Of a DNA stretch of 64,000 nucleotides, positions 1 to 15,397 are shown piece by piece (position 1 is the first letter of the stretch; each line of letters starts with the position of its first letter). Position numbers and translations under genes: made by a program. The stretch lies in NCBI GenBank assembly GCA_964016885.1, contig OZ024750.1, positions 46,872,001 to 46,936,000 on the forward strand. Reading direction: 5' to 3'. Below the pieces are notes generated by a model. The model had not been told where the DNA came from. It saw nothing but the letters and a program-made list of their open reading frames with translations, and ran no database searches. Source of the DNA: Eledone cirrhosa. Taxonomy: Eukaryota.

Positions 1-597
1 CCAACTAAGTCAATTACCAACTCAGAAGATACGTAGAAATAGGGCACCATTCAGAAAGCGTTAACTGGACGACGGAATTGCAGGTCGTCTTTTCGATATT
101 ATCTGCTGGGAGGTACGCTCTTTATTTTCTGACCTTGCGAGGATTAGCCATGAGATAAACACCTCTAATTCGGAAATGTTGAACGTCAATTAAGACGGGG
201 AAGGCTTTATTGTGTCGCCATTAAGGGCAATCGATACAGCACCAGTTGAAGTTGTCCTTGAAGAAAGCCGTTCTCATTTTATTACCACTAAACCTCACGG
301 CTAGTTTCAGATCAAAGCTCACTTCAATGTTTTATAAACTGAAGCGTCCTATCAGCAAACATCACTTGATTAACTCGCATCTGGCTCTTTTCCTTCTGAG
401 GAACTGATTCGTTATCCCGAAGCGTTTGCATAAATGTGCACGCCACCTTGCTACAATCATACATCCCATCTCACAGATGTTGGTTCCTGCTAACAGGTGG
501 TGTTGTGTAGATGAGATATGCAATATCTTGTGTCGATGATACATCTTTGATTCTGCATTTCGGTGTGATAGAGCATATGAACAGGTTTATTATTATT

Positions 598-674
<77 letters not shown>

Positions 675-915
675 GGCGTGTGTGCGCGTGTTTGTGTGTC
701 TGCGTATGCTTGCACGTGTTTGTTTGTGCATATATACATATATGTATTGTATGTATACATGCGTATATTATAATATCTCTTTAAAATACTACAGCGTTTA
801 GAAAATTGCAATAGCAAGTGATTGGGCATACAAATGCGATTTGGGAGAGAGCAGATTATTTATATACAGTTAGTATATACATATGTATATATATATGTAT
901 ATATGTATATATAAC

Positions 916-1102
916 TATTTATTAAAATAACAGATTAAAGTTTAAGCAGAAGATCCCGTTAAGGGTGAAAGCAGCGATTCTTTGCTTAAACTTTAATCTG
1001 TTATTTTAATAAATATTTGCTCTACAGTTCTTATATATTTGATATAGATTTATCCTTATCGCGCCCTCTTTGGATTTTTGTCTTCAAATTTATTATTATT
1101 AC

Positions 1103-1103
<1 letters not shown>
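916..1103 (+). mobile_element. PLE-type terminal fragment with fold-back (arms 916-948 / 983-1015) next to (AT)n
   Basis: 33-bp perfect inverted arms. 948-1103 recurs in reverse orientation at 1720-1880, and both copies abut (AT)n. Confidence 0.6.
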
Positions 1104-1172
<69 letters not shown>

Positions 1173-1632
1173 TATATGTATACGTACATATATATGTGTG
1201 TGTATATATATATACAGAGAGAGAGAGAGATGTGTGTTCGCGCTTCTGTTTCATTGGATAATGATTTGTTCCATTTATAATATATTCAGAAGACTGCAAC
1301 GATTTTCTATAGATCACAGTCTTTAGAACTAAAAAAATAAAATAGAAGCAAGTCAGCTATAAGAATAGAAAATGTAATTATTTATCAACAATAGGAAAAA
1401 ATATATAAGTGAAATATTTACTGCCTAAAATATCTCTAGAAATACGCCTGATTTATAAATAATGTGATCATTTTTTTTTCTCTCTTTCTCTCGATATATC
1501 TATTTCTAAGATTTACGACAGCAATGTCAAGTGAGGAGCAGGGATATAAAACACATTCCATACAACGACATCAATTCCTTAAACATTATATAAGTTTGTT
1601 CCTTAGGATTAACTTGGCTAACAACAGAAATG

Positions 1633-1717
<85 letters not shown>

Positions 1718-1719
1718 TA

Positions 1720-1878
1720 TAGTAATAATAATACATTTGAAGACTAAAATCAAAAGAGGGCTCAATAAGGATAAATCTATATCAAATATATAAGAACCGT
1801 AGAGCAAATATTTATTAAAATAACAGATTAAAGTTTAAGCAAAGAATCGTTGCTTTCACCCTTAACGGGATCTTCAGA

Positions 1879-1880
<2 letters not shown>
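1720..1880 (-). mobile_element. Second copy of the 948-1103 family, with a partial HHR-like core
   Basis: Reverse complement of 948-1103. Contains CUGAAGA-UCCC-GUUAA-GGGU-GAAA, but stems I and III are not convincing. Confidence 0.55.
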
Positions 1881-1931
<51 letters not shown>

Positions 1932-2015
1932 AAAAACAATAAAACAACAATAACGAAGAGTGCAGTACAAACAGTGCTGGAAATAGGTTCACGCTTCAGA
2001 GTGGGAGTGGGTGGG

Positions 2016-2093
<78 letters not shown>

Positions 2094-2149
2094 TATATTT
2101 ATACAAAAGCACATTTTCGCTCTACGTGGTTGAATACTATAAATGTAAT

Positions 2150-2260
2150 CTGAGTTTTTCGAATATTAATAACATTCGATTCGTTTACAATTATGCAAAC
2201 AAACCTCATTTTTAAAGCCATGTCAGTAGAATGAACCCTTCATTCATAGTGTTGGCATGT
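2150..2260. repeat. Short dispersed repeat, second copy at about 14313-14430
   Basis: tgagtttttcgaatattaataa...gccatgtcagtag..gacccttcatt is shared by both sites, and both lie near (AT)n. Confidence 0.6.
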
Positions 2261-2387
2261 GAGCAGAACTGCAGACACTAATGTTTATGGGTATCACCCT
2301 TCATCATATATATATATAGGAACTTTTTTAACCGCGGTGGCAGAGCTCAAGCCCGTTTGGCAGCTATTTCTGGACTGAAATCTTTTA

Positions 2388-2625
2388 AAGAATATTTATT
2401 TGGTTAATTACCGGTTTCGCAATTGTTATGCTTTTCAAAAGTAGAATTGAGATGTAGGGTTTGTCGTTTTTCTCGCATACACCACCCAGATGCGAGAAAA
2501 ACCACAAACTTCCATCTCTATTCTAAATTTGAAAAGCTTAAAACTGCGAAATCAGAGAAGGAACCAAATAAATATTCTTAAAAAGACCCCAGTTGCATTT
2601 TCGATATCATCTTTTTTCCTCGTGT
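2388..2625. mobile_element. Fold-back PLE end carrying U3-A8 HHR-like motifs; related copy at 43243-43430
   Basis: Imperfect inverted arms centred near 2485. Minus strand 2405-2450 reads UUGAAAA-GCA..UGC-GAAACCGGUA. Confidence 0.6.
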
Positions 2626-2787
2626 AGGACATCTATTTTTTTTTTCATTTCGGAAAAAAAAAGACCTCAATTTCTAATATATATAGATTACCGATATAAA
2701 AGACAGCGAGAAGCGAAAACCAACCAAACAGTGAGTGTGTTCTGTTATTAATTCTGGCAATATTACACAAATATAACCCTCCCCAAG

Positions 2788-2818
<31 letters not shown>

Positions 2819-2900
2819 TCACTCTCATCCGGGAACAGTTTCGTCTGGCGCCAGTTTGTGATTTGAAGTCGGGAATTTTATATACTCCGACCGAGAAGAA

Positions 2901-2980
2901 CCTTCTGACGAGTGTCCTTCTCAATCGCGGTACGCCTGGATTATCCATTTATTTTGGGATGTGATACCGCGCGGTAAAGG
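2901..2980 (+). ncRNA. Type I hammerhead ribozyme motif, family A (GAAA mutated to GAUA)
   Basis: CCUU-CUGACGA-stem II GUGUCCU/GGGAUGU-GAUA-CCGCGCGG-UA^AAGG. Stem I is CCUU/AAGG. Confidence 0.7.
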
Positions 2981-3387
2981 TATATATATTAAGTACAGCG
3001 AACTTTAAAATAAATATTTAAAATTTTTTTCTCTATTTGCTAAACTTTGATTTTATATGTTTTGGCTCGTTAATTTATTAACCTGCCATATAACCACATT
3101 GGCATACGGTTGGAAAATACTTGTATCCCGATGTGCATTTCTTACACATAGGAACACACATTTTATTATTATTAATCTCCCCTAAGGTTGCGATAACATT
3201 TTGGTCGTTTGAACTGCTGCTATTTCTAGTGGCAAGACATTGACCTGTCCGCCCTTGCCTTCTGTATTTACACACGGCACTCGACAAAATTGGTCCCTTC
3301 CTCATTCACTATCATCCGAGAACAGATTTGTATGGCGCCAGTTTGTGATTTGAAATCGGGAATTTTATATTTTCCGAGCGAGAAGAA

Positions 3388-3468
3388 CCTTCTGACGAAA
3401 GTCCCCTTCTCAATGCTGGTCCGCCTGGATTATCCATTTATTTTGGCATTTGAAACCGCGCGGAAAGG
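3388..3468 (+). ncRNA. Type I hammerhead ribozyme motif, family A (cleavage-site U missing)
   Basis: CCUU-CUGACGA-...-GAAA-CCGCGCGG-A-AAGG. Confidence 0.65.
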
Positions 3469-3537
3469 AACATATAGTAAGTTCAGCGAACTTTTAAACA
3501 TTTATTTTAAGACTTTTTCTCTATTTGCTAAACCTTG

Positions 3538-3691
<154 letters not shown>

Positions 3692-3892
3692 CCTGCAATT
3701 GTGTACACGCCTGAAGTAGAGATAGCTATTCGTCTAAAGTGATTATCTTTTATGAACGGCAGTTATATTTGATTATACATTATACAGGGAATGATCAAAG
3801 CAAGACTTCTGCTTAGACGATCATGAATGGGATACATATTAAGTTTCAGTTAATACATTTCATGATGATGATGATGATGATGATTGGTATTG

Positions 3893-6800
3893 TTAGTGGT
3901 GCTGGTGAAAGTAATAGTGATGTTTGTGACAATGATGCAGGTGTCGTTGCTGGTGAAAGTAATAGTGATGTTTGTGACAATGATGAAGGTGTCGTTGCTG
4001 GTGAAAGTAATAGTGAGGTTTGTGACAATGATGCAGGTGTCGTTGCTGGTGAAAGTAATAGTGGTGTTTGTGACAATGATGAAGGTGTCGTTGCTGGTGA
4101 AAGTAATAGTGAGGTTTGTGACAATGATGAATGTGTCGTTGCTGGTGAAAGTAATAGTGGTGTTTGTGACAATGATGAAGGTGTTGTTGCTGGTGAAAGT
4201 AATAGTGAGGTTTGTGACAATGATGAATGTGTCGTTGCTGGTGAAAGTAATAGTGGTGTTTGTGACAATGATGAAGGTGTCGTTGCTGGTGAAAGTAATA
4301 GTGATGTTTGTGACAATGATGAAGGTGTCGTTGCTGGTGAAAGTAATAGTGATGTTTGTGACAATGATGAAGGTGTCGTTGCTGGTGAAAGTAATAGTGA
4401 TGTTTGTGACAATGATGAAGGTGTCGTTGCTGGTGAAAGTAATAGTGATGTTTGTGACAATGATGAAGGTGTCGTTGCTGGTGAAAGTAATAGTGATGTT
4501 TGTGACAATGATGAAGGTGTCGTTGCTGGTGAAAGTAATAGTGATGTTTGTGACAATGATGAAGGTGTCGTTGCTGGTGAAAGTAATAGTGGTGTTTGTG
4601 ACAATGATGAAGGTGTCGTTGCTGGTGAAAGTAATAGTGAGGTTTGTGACAATGATGAAGGTGTCGTTGCTGGTGAAAGTAATAGTGATGTTTGTGACAA
4701 TGATGAAGGTGTCGTTGCTGGTGAAAGTAATAGTGGTGTTTGTGACATGATGAAGGTGTTGTTGCTGGTGAAAGTAATAGTGATGTTTGTGACAATGATG
4801 AAGGTGTCATTGCTGGTGAAAGTAATAGTGATGTTTGTGACAATGATGCAGGTGTCGTTGCTGGTGAAAGTAATAGTGATGTTTGTGACAATGATGAAGG
4901 TGTCGTTGCTGGTGAAAGTAATAGAGATGTTTGTGACAATGATGCAGGTGTCGTTGCTGGTGAAAGTAATAGTGATGTTTGTGACAATGATGAAGGTGTC
5001 GTTGCTGGTGAAAGTAATAGAGATGTTTGTGACAATGATGCAGGTGTCGTTGTTGGTGAAAGTAATAGTGATGTTTGTGACAATGATGAAGGTGTCCTTG
5101 CTGGTGAAAGTAATAGTGGTGTTTGTGACATGATGAAGGTGTTGTTGCTGGTGAAAGTAATAGTGATGTTTGTGACAATGATGAATGTGTCGTTGCTGGT
5201 GAAAGTAATAGTGGTGTTTGTGACAATGATGAATGTGTCGTTGCTGGTGAAAGTAATAGTGATGTTTGTGACAATGATGAATGTGTCGTTGCTGGTGAAA
5301 GTAATAGTGATGTTTGTGACAATGATGAAGCTGTCGTTGCTGGTGAAAGTAATAGTGATGTTTGTGACAATGATGAAGGTGTCGTTGCTGGTGAAAGTAA
5401 TAGTGAGGTTTGTGACAATGATGAAGGTGTCGTTGCTGGTGAAAGTAATAGTGAGGTTTGTGACAATGATGAAGGTGTCGTTGCTGGTGAAAGTAATAGT
5501 GGTGTTTGTGACAATGATGAAGGTGTCGTTGCTGGTGAAAGTAATAGTGAGGTTTGTGACAATGATGAAGGTGTCGTTGCTGGTGAAAGTAATAGTGATG
5601 TTTGTGACAATGATGAAGGTGTCGTTGCTGGTGAAAGTAATAGTGGTGTTTGTGACAATGATGAAGGTGTCGTTGCTGGTGAAAGTAATAGTGAGGTTTG
5701 TGACAATGATGAAGGTGTCGTTGCTGGTGAAAGTAATAGTGATGTTTGTGACAATGATGAAGGTGTCGTTGCTGGTGAAAGTAATAGTGGTGTTTGTGAC
5801 ATGATGAAGGTGTTGTTGCTGGTGAAAGTAATAGTGATGTTTGTGACAATGATGAAGGTGTCATTGCTGGTGAAAGTAATAGTGATGTTTGTGACAATGA
5901 TGCAGGTGTCGTTGCTGGTGAAAGTAATAGTGATGTTTGTGACAATGATGAAGGTGTCGTTGCTGGTGAAAGTAATAGAGATGTTTGTGACAATGATGCA
6001 GGTGTCGTTGCTGGTGAAAGTAATAGTGATGTTTGTGACAATGATGAAGGTGTCGTTGCTGGTGAAAGTAATAGAGATGTTTGTGACAATGATGCAGGTG
6101 TCGTTGTTGGTGAAAGTAATAGTGATGTTTGTGACAATGATGAAGGTGTCCTTGCTGGTGAAAGTAATAGTGGTGTTTGTGACATGATGAAGGTGTTGTT
6201 GCTGGTGAAAGTAATAGTGATGTTTGTGACAATGATGAATGTGTCGTTGCTGGTGAAAGTAATAGTGGTGTTTGTGACAATGATGAATGTGTCGTTGCTG
6301 GTGAAAGTAATAGTGATGTTTGTGACAATGATGAATGTGTCGTTGCTGGTGAAAGTAATAGTGATGTTTGTGACAATGATGAAGCTGTCGTTGCTGGTGA
6401 AAGTAATAGTGATGTTTGTGACAATGATGAAGGTGTCGTTGCTGGTGAAAGCAATAGTGAGGTTTGTGACAATGATGAAGGTGTCGTTGCTGGTGAAAGT
6501 AATAGTGAGGTTTGTGACAATGATGAAGGTGTCGTTGCTGGTGAAAGTAATAGTGGTGTTTGTGACAATGATGAAGGTGTCGTTGCTGGTGAAAGTAATA
6601 GTGAGGTTTGTGACAATGATGAAGGTGTCGTTGCTGGTGAAAGTAATAGTGGTGTTTGTGACAATGATGAAGGTGTCGTTGGTGGTGAAAGTAATAGTGG
6701 TGTTTGTGACAATGATGAAGGTGTCCTTGCTGGTGAAAGTAATAGTGATGTTTGTGACAATGATGAAGGTGTTGTTGCTAGTGAAAGTAATAGTGATGTT

Positions 6801-8601
6801 TGTGACAATGATGAAGGTGTCGTTGGTGGTGAAAGTAATAGTGGTGTTTGTGACAATGATGAAGGTGTCCTTGCTGGTGAAAGTAATAGTGATGTTTGTG
6901 ACAATGATGAAGGTGTTGTTGCTAGTGAAAGTAATAGTGATGTTTGTGACAATGATGAAGGTGTCCTTGCTGGTGAAAGTAATAGTGATGTTTGTGACAA
7001 TGATGAAGGTGTTGTTGCTGGTGAAAGTAATAGTGATGTTTGTGACAATGATGAAGGTGTTGTTGCTGGTGAAAGTAATAGTGATGTTTGTGACAATGAT
7101 GCAGGTGTCGTTGTTGGTGAAAATAATAGTGATGTTTGTGACAATGATGAAGGTGTCGTTGCTGGTGAAAGTAATAGTGAGGTTTGTGACAATGATGAAG
7201 GTGTCGTTGCTGGTGAAAGTAATAGTGAGGTTTGTGACAATGATGCAGGTGTCGTTGCTGGTGAAAGTAATAGTGATGTTTGTGACAATGATGAAGGTGT
7301 CCTTGCTGGTGAAAGTAATAGTGGTGTTTGTGACAATGATGCAGGTGTCGTTGCTGGTGAAAGTAACAGTGGTGTTTGTGACAATGATGAAGGTGTCCTT
7401 GCTGGTGAAAGTAATAGTGATGTTTGTGACAATGATGAAGGTGTCCTTGCTGGTGAAAGTAATAGTGATGTTTGTGACAATGATGAAGGTGTCCTTGCTG
7501 GTGAAAGTAATAGTGATGTTTGTGACAATGATGAAGGTGTCCTTGCTGGTGAAAGTAATAGTGAGGTTTGTGACAATGATGCAGGTGTCGTTGCTGGTGA
7601 AAGTAATAGTGATGTTTGTGACAATGATGAAGGTGTCCTTGCTGGTGAAAGTAATAGTGATGTTTGTGACAATGATGAAGGTGTCCTTGCTGGTGAAAGT
7701 AATAGCGGTGTTTGTGACAATGATGCAGGTGTCGTTGCTGGTGAAAGTAACAGTGATGTTTGTGACAATGATGAAGGTGTCGTTGCTGGTGAAAGTAATA
7801 GTGATGTTTGTGACAATGATGAAGGTGTCCTTGCTGGTGAAAGTAATAGTGATGTTTGTGACAATGATGAAGGTGTCGTTGTTGGTGAAAGTAACAGTGG
7901 TGTTTGTGACAATGATGAAGGTGTCCTTGCTGGTGAAAGTAATAGTGATGTTTGTGACAATGATGAAGGTGTTGTTGCTGGTGAAAGTAATAGTGATGTT
8001 TGTGACAATGATGCAGGTGTCGTTGCTGGTGAAAGTAATAGTGATGTTTGTGACAATGATGAATGTGTCGTTGCTGGTGAAAGTAATAGTGGTGTTTGTG
8101 ACAATGATGAAGGTGTCGTTGCTGGTGAAATTAATAGTGATGTTTGTGACAATGATGAAGGTGTCCTTGCTGGTGAAAGTAATAGTGATGTTTGTGACAA
8201 TGATGAATGTGTCGTTGCTGGTGAAAGTAATAGTGGTGTTTGTGACAATGATGAAGGTGTCGTTGCTGGTGAAAGTAATAGTGATGTTTGTGACAATGAT
8301 GAAGGTGTCCTTGCTGGTGAAAGTAATAGTGATGTTTGTGACAATGATGAATGTGTCGTTGCTGGTGAAAGTAATAGTGATGTTTGTGACAATGAGGAAG
8401 GTGTCGTTGCTGGTGAAAGTAATAGTGAGGTTTGTGACAATGATGAAGGTGTTGTTGCTAGTGAAAGTAATAGTGAGGTTTGTGACAATGATGAAGGTGT
8501 CGTTGCTGGTGAAAGTAATAGTGGTGTTTGTGACAATGATGAAGGTGTCGTTGCTGGTGAAAGTAATAGTGGTGTTTGTGACAATGATGAAGGTGTCCTT
8601 G
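3893..8601. repeat. 48-bp minisatellite, about 98 units (GCTGGTGAAAGTAATAGTGATGTTTGTGACAATGATGAAGGTGTCGTT)
   Basis: Directly visible tandem array. Four units carry a 1-bp deletion (near 4747, 5129, 5801, 6184). Confidence 0.97.
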
Positions 8602-8769
8602 TTAAGGTGATGTTGATGATGATAATTAATATGACGTGACGATGATCATGTAGTGATGTGGATGTCCATAATCTCAATGGAGATAGGGTAAGGAAAATGG
8701 TGAATATATTGATCATATGATGGTGATTCTGGTGTAGAAGAAGGTAATAAGATGATGAATAAAGCTTTT

Positions 8770-9009
8770 AATGGTGGTTATTATGACGATTATGATGATG
8801 ATGATGATAATCATGTAGGTGATAATGATGCTAATCATGTATATGATGATGATGATGATAATTATAAGGATTATAATGAGGATTATGATGCTATTAATAT
8901 ACATTTCAATATCATGATCATGATGATGATTTTTATCATTATTGTTAGTAGTAGTAGTAGTACTAGTAGTAGTAGTAGTAGCAGTAGTAGTAGTATAATC
9001 AGCAATAGC

Positions 9010-9056
<47 letters not shown>

Positions 9057-9065
9057 CAACAACAA

Positions 9066-9101
<36 letters not shown>

Positions 9102-9112
9102 CAACAACAATG

Positions 9113-9154
<42 letters not shown>

Positions 9155-9310
9155 TTTGTAGTAGTAGTATCAGTAGTAGTAGTAACAGTAGCAGCAGCAG
9201 CAACAGCAGCAATGGAAGTAGTAGTAGCAGCAGTAGTAATATTAGTAGTAGTAGTAGTAGTAGTAGTGGAGGAGTATGAAATAGATGATGATGATGAGGA
9301 GGAGGAGGAG
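8770..9310. repeat. Compound (GAT)n/(AGT)n/(AGC)n trinucleotide low-complexity tract
   Basis: Directly visible. Confidence 0.9.
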
Positions 9311-9318
9311 AAAAATGA

Positions 9319-9389
9319 GGGGGATGTGGACGGGGGATGAGGACGGGGGATGAGGACGGGGGATGAGGACGGGGGATGAGGAAGGGGAG
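9319..9389 (+). repeat. 13-bp G-rich tandem repeat (GACGGGGGATGAG)x4-5
   Basis: Five G5 runs at 13-bp spacing. Confidence 0.85.
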
Positions 9390-9407
9390 GAATAACTGAA
9401 GTTCTAG

Positions 9408-9746
9408 TGTGGCTGTGGATTGTCAGTATCGATAGAGCATCGGCCGACATGCTTAACGGCATAAAGTTACGACCCTTTGCGTTCTGAGTTAAGATCTGGC
9501 TTTTCATTCCTCCGAGATCGATATATTAAAGGACCAATAATAAACCGGGGTCGATTAACACGACTTTCCCCTTCACTTCATACTGCTGACATTGTGCGAG
9601 AAATAGAAGACTTATTTTTATTGTGTGCTGTTACTGGTTTTCATTATGTTTTCATTTTCATCAAATAAACTCATTAATTACTATAAAGTACCAGTAATAC
9701 ACTGGTTAATTGCTGGCCTTGTGCCAAAAGTAGAAACAATTAATTA
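9408..9746 (+). mobile_element. Old, split tRNA-derived SINE
   Basis: Degenerate head at 9408-9525 and family tail (aagtaccagtaatacactgg...gtgccaaaagtagaaacaatt) at 9683-9746. Confidence 0.6.
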
Positions 9747-9846
9747 CTGTTAGGGTTGTTTCTGTTTTCACTACATATTCGGGTCATTTCTATATTTTGA
9801 TTTCTGTACTTTGACATTTTTTTCAGTTTCTTGGTGCATATATATA

Positions 9847-10428
<582 letters not shown>

Positions 10429-11448
10429 TTAATTGTATTAATTGTACTATTTATGGTTATGAAAATACAAAAACCTTTAGCAGTTATATGTATTTTTTAT
10501 ACAAACCCTAAATAGTGGTAGGCAGTAATATATTACTACCTTATTACCAGTAAGTTAAGTAGCTCAATGTAAAAACATCAGATGATTTACAGAGCAGTTA
10601 TATGAAATATAAGAATCAAAGAACTGTTCAAAACATTATTATGCTTACAGCTGTTTCCTCCAAACCGAGGTTTGGATTCTTCGGAGCAATTTATTAATGA
10701 TTGGACAGTTATATGACCTCCTTTTCAGCCAAGAGACATACCGATACATATGCAAATATTGTGGGTCAACATTCATTACAGCATTTAGAGTGGCAGTACA
10801 CACTTCGAGATTACATTCATAATAAAAGGTACAATCAAAAATCAAAAATACAGGTTAAAATAGGTTAAAATACAACATGAAGGTAAGCGGTTATATAGTG
10901 CAAATGTTATATGTGTGGCAAGCACGTGCGTCTTGTTTATATAGTGTGGCAGAGAGATATATGTGTGGTAGGAGCACTTAGGTAGGTAAAGAGGAGTGTT
11001 AGGTTGGTTGATCTGGTGGGAAATTCTTTATATGATTGTTATAGTCTGTGTGTGGAGAAAAGATATAAGCATTAAAAATAGTGCAAGCATTAAAAGTATT
11101 AAACGTATTGGAGATGCACAGCGACGGGATGACAAGGACCTCATCTACTTCGACATTTTCATGGTCAGGGGAGTGTATTCTTCGATTATATGCCCCTCAC
11201 ATAATCCACGGCAATTCTATATTGAGCGTTTGACAATCCAGTTAGAGAATCGTAGTCCGATGTTCTTTAGTTCAATACAGGATGCTGTTACGTTTCGCGA
11301 AACGACATTGAACTATTCCAGGACTAGGTCTATCTAAACTCCGGGACATTGTGGCCCGTAACGCATTCGCAGTACAGTGAATAGGGATCGAAAATATCAA
11401 AGGCGATTACTATAAGCCAACTACCACGCTTTTATTGCACCAGTGCCA

Positions 11449-11489
<41 letters not shown>

Positions 11490-11645
11490 CCAGAGAGAGA
11501 TATATCTCTCTCTGGTGTGTTAGCTTTTCAACATATTGTATTTTAAACAGCTCAGGATTTCTTCTCCTTTGAGCACATTATTTACAGGGAATGGCGAGGG
11601 CCTATGGCTCTGTTAACTTATCGTGATATATATATTATATATATA

Positions 11646-12035
<390 letters not shown>

Positions 12036-13342
12036 CGTTTATACAGCAGTATATTATCTCATAATTTCTCATAATTTATACTGCACTATTATATCAAATA
12101 ATGGGTATTGTTATTTAACCGATTCATAGTGGTTAATTTAGGAGAAGTCCAGCAATTGATTATATTAAAGAAAATACTTTATTTGTATCTCATTTCTTCG
12201 ATAACAGAGGTAGAGTGATATCAGCTTCAAGTAGAATGAGAACATACAATGTAGGATTAAAGTTGCGATATATTTGCTCCCAAAATCTTGAAGTTCTACA
12301 ACGGTTTCGTTGTTTAATCAAATAATGGAACAAAGTACTGTAGCAAGCTTCTGATGATACTGTTAAACAAGAAGGTAACTACAATATTCTAAGTTAACAA
12401 CTTAAAATATTCACATAAAACAGAAATTCCTTCTTGAATACAAGTTCGGGAAACATATGTTATTGCAAATGTGCACAAGAATAATCAACATCATCAAATA
12501 TTAATTCATAGTTACATAAGAAATTCAAGTTAGGTCACATGTACGTATATACCACTACAATAACAATGAATAGACAATGTAACGTTACAAACTATAACAG
12601 AAACATATATAAATACAAGTTTGGAAGGGTAAATTTAAGTATAGAATTGATATATAGCGTAGCAAGAACTATATATCAGATGACAGTAGATAATCCTTAC
12701 AGAAAATGAGCAATCATACATAAACAATGAAGACACATGATTGCAAACAATTGAAGGCTTAAAACAAAACATATAGAAAGATGGCCGCTTTAAATAATAG
12801 ATTAAAACGCATAACATACGAGCAAAACTCTTTTCTATCAAAACTATGCCTTTGAATGCAATTCTACAGTAGTAATTCAACGGTAACAACATACTAGATA
12901 AAATGTCTACTCAAGAAAACCGGTATATTTAGGAAATACATTAGTTATTTATAACAAAACTAACTTTTAATGTATATATATAGCAAATGTCAGGGTAGCT
13001 AACATAATGAAATATACACATGTTTATATATATATATATATATGGAAAAAATGAAATTTCATATCTCATTCTTAGTACGTAGTAAATTTAAATATGTATA
13101 TGTACATACATATATGTACAGTATTATGTATATACATACATACATGCACACAGATATATATGTACGTATGGGTTTACCAACAATTTATTATAATGCTTGG
13201 CTATTAGCCGTAATGTGTTCGGCAAGCATCGTTGCCATTTTGTACAACACTATGCACGTATGTATGTATATACATCCATGCATATACATACTACTGTACG
13301 TTTGTATACATATATATATATATATATATTTTTATTTTTATT

Positions 13343-13631
<289 letters not shown>

Positions 13632-13677
13632 CCTATATATACATGTATATATATATACATGTATATATATATATATA

Positions 13678-13877
13678 TGGAGATCTCTCTGCATTTGTCG
13701 TCACATGGTACCATGGGCCCAGCACTATGTGTCTATAATTGTCACAAGTGTAGTGTTTGTACCAGAGTTTTCAAGTCGCTGGCTGGACTAAAAAGTCACA
13801 CTCGTTCAGCGCTTCGGTAGCGGTTCTCCTACATGGATATAAAGTAGTGGCCGTACTCGAAAACGAGTTGGCAGCCA

Positions 13878-13880
<3 letters not shown>
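13678..13880 (+). mobile_element. 3' end of an RTE-type LINE inserted in (AT)n
   Basis: Encodes a terminal C2H2-like finger [19 protein letters not shown], followed by a short 3' UTR with a stem-loop (gtggc..ctcgaaaacgag..gccac) and then (AT)n. Confidence 0.6.
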
Positions 13881-13922
<42 letters not shown>

Positions 13923-13957
13923 CCTATATATACATATACATGTATATATATATATAT

Positions 13958-14011
<54 letters not shown>

Positions 14012-14441
14012 CAAAATGTTAATAAATGTAACATATTCTCATAATCAAAATATATATTTTATTATACGAAATTCAAAGGTACAATGATCTTTAAGAAGAT
14101 TATCATCAGGCAAATTATATGATTTGATATGTCACATACGGCTCCGGTTTTGATTATTCAATTCCAGTATAGGCAGTTGGAATAATATTAAAAACTACAG
14201 GAAAAGCTCTTGTTGAGTGCTTCTAATCTATTGAAATATTGCATTCGTTGAATAATCAACGAACCATAATAATGTTTGGTTATATATATATATATATATA
14301 TATATATGTAATATGAGTTTTTCGAATATTAATAAAAACATTGGATTTGTTTTGCAATCATGCAAACAAGCCTCAGTTTTATAGCCATGTCAGTAGCATG
14401 GACCCTTCATTGTTGCTCTTGTATTGGCATATATATACATA

Positions 14442-14542
<101 letters not shown>

Positions 14543-15140
14543 GTGTGTGTGTGTTTGTATGTGTGTGTCTCTGTGTGTGTGTGTGTGTGTCTCTCTGTGT
14601 GTACGACATGTATATTATTATATATATCTATGACATGTTCCCGAACAGTCTCGCCTCTTAAGATTTCACTGAAAAATCATCGTGTATCCCGAAGCTTATG
14701 TACAACTCACTTGCCCAAGGTTCCAATATTTGGGGACTGAACTTCATGTTGGTCGATCAAATTCTTAAAATACACACCAATGTTTGCCTTAGTTTGAACA
14801 TCTTTCCACAAACACTATACATTACATTTCTCAGGCTATATTTACTTCTACATCCATAATTGTATACGTAAGCTATGATGCGCTTAGTACACATAGTTAT
14901 TCATATAGGCTGTAAATATGATGATGTATTCCATCATTTCCATTTCGATTTAGTGCTGTTTTTCTTTCTATGTAATCATTCCGGTGGGAGATAATTTCGG
15001 CTGGGTTTGTGATCTCTTCTTCCAATCTTGCCACATTTTTTTATTTCAATTCTGATATTTATTTACTCTGCAAGATATTGTTTTCTAAGTTATGTGTTGC
15101 TCTTATCTTCTATTATTTTGATATTTCTTTCTAGTTATTG

Positions 15141-15215
<75 letters not shown>

Positions 15216-15257
15216 CACACAGATACACACACACATATATATATTTATGTGGGTGTG

Positions 15258-15299
<42 letters not shown>

Positions 15300-15325
15300 A
15301 ATATATTTGTATATATATAAACGTG

Positions 15326-15397
<72 letters not shown>

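Noticed and set aside
70-590. Possible ancient LINE RT remnant (GIAGRLFDII...)
   Set aside because: Too degenerate to support a call.
3893-8601. CRISPR-like array
   Set aside because: Pure tandem repeat with no unique spacers, in a eukaryotic context.
3823-8716. Long mucin-like, His-rich or hydrophobic ORFs up to 951 aa
   Set aside because: They arise from the 48-bp minisatellite, are open in five frames and are frameshifted four times; not called as CDS.
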